Assembly: GCA_963664015.2 (NCBI GenBank)
Contig: CAXXLF010000002.1
Coordinates: 64,001 to 128,000, forward strand
Direction of reading: 5' to 3'
DNA from: Candidatus Binatia bacterium
GTDB lineage: Bacteria; Desulfobacterota; Binatia; UBA9968; CAXXLF01
DNA length: 64,000 bases
The notes below the pieces were generated by a model. It saw only the letters and a program-made list of their open reading frames with translations. It made no database searches and was not told the DNA's origin. Position numbers and translations under genes: made by a program. This document shows positions 59,280 to 64,000 of the stretch, in pieces. How positions within the stretch are numbered: position 1 is the stretch's first letter; each line of letters starts with the position of its first letter.

Positions 59280-59592
59280 AGGCAAGAATTTCTTTGAAAT
59301 TTCGTTCTATCTCTTCACCCGTGCGTTGTTTTGTCTTCAGGTGGTTCTGGAATTTCAGAAACATAGGAATTGAGATTATGTAAACTCTAAGATAGCAATA
59401 GGAGTAATGTCATATTATTATTATTACGATACCAGGTCATATGTAAGGTCGACCATAAAAAGATGTTTTTATGCCATCGATTTATAGTTAGCGCACGCGC
59501 TTATGTATGCTGAATTTATGCGCGTGCGCTTCAAGTAGAATGGGCGTGGTCGAGAAATCGCACCTTGAAGAAAGGCTGGGATTTGGGAAAAA

Positions 59593-60550
<958 letters not shown>

Positions 60551-60595
60551 GTGTGTGTGTGCGTGTGTGTGCGTGTGCGTGTATGTGTTACAGGT

Positions 60596-60800
60596 TTTAT
60601 CAGCTTTTTATCAGCTTTTTATCTCAAGCGAAGCGGCGCGCGCTGAAAAAAAGCTGGGGGAGAGAGTGAAAAAAGCTGGGGGAGAAAGTGAAAAAAGCTG
60701 GGGGAGAAAGTGAAAAAAAGCTGGGGGAGAAAGTGAAAAAGCTAGGGAGAAAAGCTGGGAGACAAGCTGGAAGCTGGAGAAAAAAAGCCGGAAGCTGGAA
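60596..60800. repeat. Tandem ~22-bp repeat (aaaaaagctgggggagaaagtg) with upstream inverted cagctttt units
   Basis: Directly visible between the PLPP stop and the RPUSD4 start. Confidence 0.8.
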
Positions 60801-60890
60801 GAGGAAATTGGGCGCGTAAGAATGAGAAAAGGTCGAAGTTCAACGATAAGGGGGCGTGGCCAACCCACGTGTTGCAGCTCTGTAGACTTC

Positions 60891-62225
60891 ATGCACGCGT
60901 CTCGCTGTGCCAGTGTGGCCGCTGCTGCTGCTAGACTACCAGCAGTATCACCACCCAAACCTTCAGGACCAACACGGGCGAGCTCTAAACTACTGGATGC
61001 AAGGAGTCTACTTCTCTACAAGGACGGTACGCAACTGTGTGTGGTGTGTGTGAATGTTTGACCGAGCTGGTTCGCATTCCAGATGACATCATTGCTCTGA
61101 ACAAGCCCTCAGGACTGCCTGTTCACAGTCAGTATATTATAGCTTAGTCTTTGAGTTCAACCTCTCCCTATTCTCTCACTCTCTTTTACCTATTACATCA
61201 GCTGGACCGAAAGTGGAGGATGACCTGTGCTCACACTTGCATCGCTGGCAGTACAACTCTCCCCACCCTCCCAACCTGGCTCACAGACTCGATCGGTTAG
61301 GCCACACCCACTAACCACACCCACTAATATCTGGGGTGGTTGCCAGGGATACCTCGGGTGTGATTCTTCTGAGTCGGCACTCTAGCGCCGCTCGTAAACT
61401 GGCCAATCTATTCCAGGAGAGGAAGATAAAGAAAACATACTGGTCCGTCAAAAATTTTGACGGGTGTGCTAATTTTCCCCCACATCCACAGGGCAATAAC
61501 TCTCAGCGTCCCTTCAGAACATGAAGGTTGGAGTAAATTTTTACCAGATTTTTGAGGGCCGTGAAATTTTTTCAGGGATCATAACCATACCTCTGGGGAC
61601 TAAAGATTTAGCTACCAAGAACAGCCCTAGGCATCACATGCATAGGGTATGTGTACCTGTCGCCTCTGTCCATTATCTTATGTGTTATGTGTGTAGGTCG
61701 TACTGAGGCAGGATAAGGTTGACCTCTATTGCAAGGTATATACATCACACACATAAACACACACACACACTATCTCTTGCCAGGAGCTATTGGGGAAGAC
61801 CCTGCAATTTGGTATACAAATTGCACACACAGAGTACCGATTGTTGAGCTCGTATGGCCAGAGATGCAGTCTCATTCAAGTCAATACTTCCACTGGCTTC
61901 AAACACCAAGTGGGTCTAGTAATCTTCTGTATACTCTTGTAATCTCCAGTAAACTATGCAGATCAGAGTTCACTTGGCAGATGCCCTCTTGTGTCCCGTG
62001 ATTGGCGACTACAAGTTTGGAGGACCTCTATTTAGAGCCCACCCTAACCTCAAGCGAAAACTGAAACATCTCAAGCACACTAAAGGCTCTGCAATGTGTC
62101 TCCATGCCTACCAAATATTCATCCCTGATTACCACGGAGAGGGGGAACCCCTGGTAATTAGGGCTCCTCCTCCGGCTAGTTTCAGACAAGTGGCGCAACA
62201 ATTAATGTTGAAAATTCCTAAATAG
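60891..62225 (+). CDS. RPUSD4: RluA-family pseudouridine synthase, RPUSD4-like (likely mitochondrial)
   Basis: LLYKD|DDIIALNKPSGLPVH, catalytic HRLDRDTSGVILL, IKKTYWAIT, TGFKHQIRVHLA..L.CPVIGDYKF, LHAYQI. Ala/Arg/Ser-rich N-terminus. Confidence 0.8.
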
Positions 62226-62276
62226 ATTTTGAAAATGACATGTGAATGTCGTTTCGTGATTGTGTATGTGATTGTG

Positions 62277-63901
62277 TCAGGTGTGAGGGTGTGGGAAGTG
62301 TGCTGTGGTGGTTGAGGGTGGTGGAGGGGTGACATGTGAGTGTGGGAGGGGAGGGTGTGAGGGGTGACCAGTGGGATCCTGGGGCGGATGGTGCTTCCTC
62401 TTTTTCTTGTCTTTTTTCTTCTTCTTTTCGTCCTTGTCACGCTTTTTCTGTGCGAAAAAACAACAATTTTGAGTTCAGCCAGAGAAATAAATTTTACTAA
62501 CTTTTTTCTTCTTGTCCCCTAGTACTTGCAGTCCTCCACTTACTAAGTGTGTGGGACCTGTCAAATCGAGAACCACATCACATCACACACAGTATATTGA
62601 TCTCTCTAACACACACTATATTGATCTCTCTAAACACACACACACACACACCTGGATTCCCATACACCGCCTGCTGCTGGAGGATCTGTCCAGCCGAAAC
62701 TCCGCCTCCTCCAATGATCCCAGCCCCACCCCCAATCACACCTCCACTGCCAGCCCCGCCCACAACTCCACCCCCTCCACCAGAGTGCAGGACAGTCTCC
62801 GACCCTGGCATGAGGAAACTGGGCATGTGTGGCTCATGTTTAATGAATGAGTAGGCATCAGATGGAGGTTTCGAAGGTTTGGTTGCAGTGTGATATGCGT
62901 CTGACTTGTCTTCCGAGCGATCGATGTTCTTGTGTTTGTGTTTCTTCTTCTTTCTTGGCTTGGAGTGACCCGCCATGGAGGGTGGGTCAATACGGTACTG
63001 CTCTGGGAGCTGTCAGAGACAATGTAATAGTATTGTGGGCACACACAGCCTCTGTATTGTATTTGCATGGTGTGTGTGTGTGGTGGGCGGAGTCTCACGG
63101 GGCCGGGGAGGAGTCGGAACCCGAGGAGGGCCTGACCGGAGAGAGGGTGGAACTCTTTCCCTCCGATTGGCTTGTGTTCCACCAGGTCTAGCAGCCTTTG
63201 TGGGGAGAATACAAAATATGGTGTGTATAGTGGAGGAGTCCTCACACACTCTTGTGTGTTTTATGTGTGTGTGTGCTCACATGGTTCCTGGAGGTTCGGC
63301 ACTATCAAATTCACCTGTACAACAACACAATACTAACATTTCCTCTCTCTCCTCGGAGGCGTATCTCACCAGGTATATCTGGTAGGAAGGAGCTGAGAGA
63401 GTCCTTGATCTTGCGGGAATTCAGTTCTGTGTAGGCTTTCTGGAGCTGGTCCAGAGAGGCCTTCTCCTTGCTCTGCTCGCTCACCTCATGAGTCACCTCT
63501 GAGATATCGTGTGTGTGTGGGTAGGTGTATAGTGTGTGTGTGTGTGTGGTTCATGTGAATATGGTAACCACACCTGACGTCCCACCAGTAGAACACTTGT
63601 AGAGGTGAACAGGCGGGACCTCAGGAGCTGGTGCCGACACTGCTATAACGTCATGGGGCCTCTGTGGGAGGAGCACCGCAGTCGACCGGGGCGGGGCCTG
63701 GAGCAGGCTGATGGCAGGTTGGGGTTGGTTGAATGAGGTCATGACCACAGCGGCGTCGCTGGTGGCCAGAGGGATCATCATGGGAGACAGGGTGGTCCCC
63801 AGACCGGGGGGTAGCGGGGGCGGCTGGTTTGACCTGCTCGGGGCCATACCCGGGATCAGAGAAATGAAGTGCATGTTTTGCTGAGGATCCATGTTTTCCA
63901 T
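62277..63901 (-). CDS. MED19: Mediator subunit 19
   Basis: AY..LNSRKIKDSLSSFLPDIPG, LLDLVEHKPIGGKEFHPLSGQALLGFRLLPGPLPEQYR, KKKKHKHK and a Lys-rich tail. TGA at 62277-62279. Confidence 0.88.
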
Positions 63902-64000
63902 GCCCTCCGCTCGCCAAATCGACTCCAGGAGAGCAGGGAGCAGCTAGACCATCCTATCACGACTCACAGACGGCGGTCAGATATCCCTACGGCACAGAGG

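Overview
A very gene-dense animal genomic window. It holds 18 protein-coding genes with short introns packed with (CA)n/(TG)n/(CT)n microsatellites, and intergenic gaps are often only 50-300 bp. The style suggests an early-branching invertebrate such as a demosponge, but that is inference. Gene order: SARM1-like TIR NADase (+, 5' end outside the window), a ~1900-aa CCM2-like gene (+), QPRT (-), TBC1D10-like RabGAP (+), KTI12 (+), gelsolin/severin-like (-), BRAP (+), ALKBH4 (-), MND1 (-), DRG1 (+), a small EFCAB5-N-terminus-like docking-domain gene (-), RNF5/RNF185 (-), HECTD4 (+), a SETDB-type H3K9 methyltransferase (-), ataxin-2-like (+), a PAP2/PLPP phosphatase (+), RPUSD4-like pseudouridine synthase (+) and MED19 (-). 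The most striking observation is the gene at 2683-9749. It splices, with consistent phases at every junction, into one protein joining a CCM2-type PTB domain and a harmonin-homology domain to a polyproline tract, tandem WH2 motifs and an espin/forked-like actin-bundling module. Other points of note are an intact SARM1 near QPRT (which makes NaMN), an X-box-linked D/D mini-gene, recurrent NRF1-like promoter motifs, microsatellite-filled introns with weak splice signals, and small dispersed repeats. All gene models were assembled by eye. Homologies come from recalled sequences, not from database searches.
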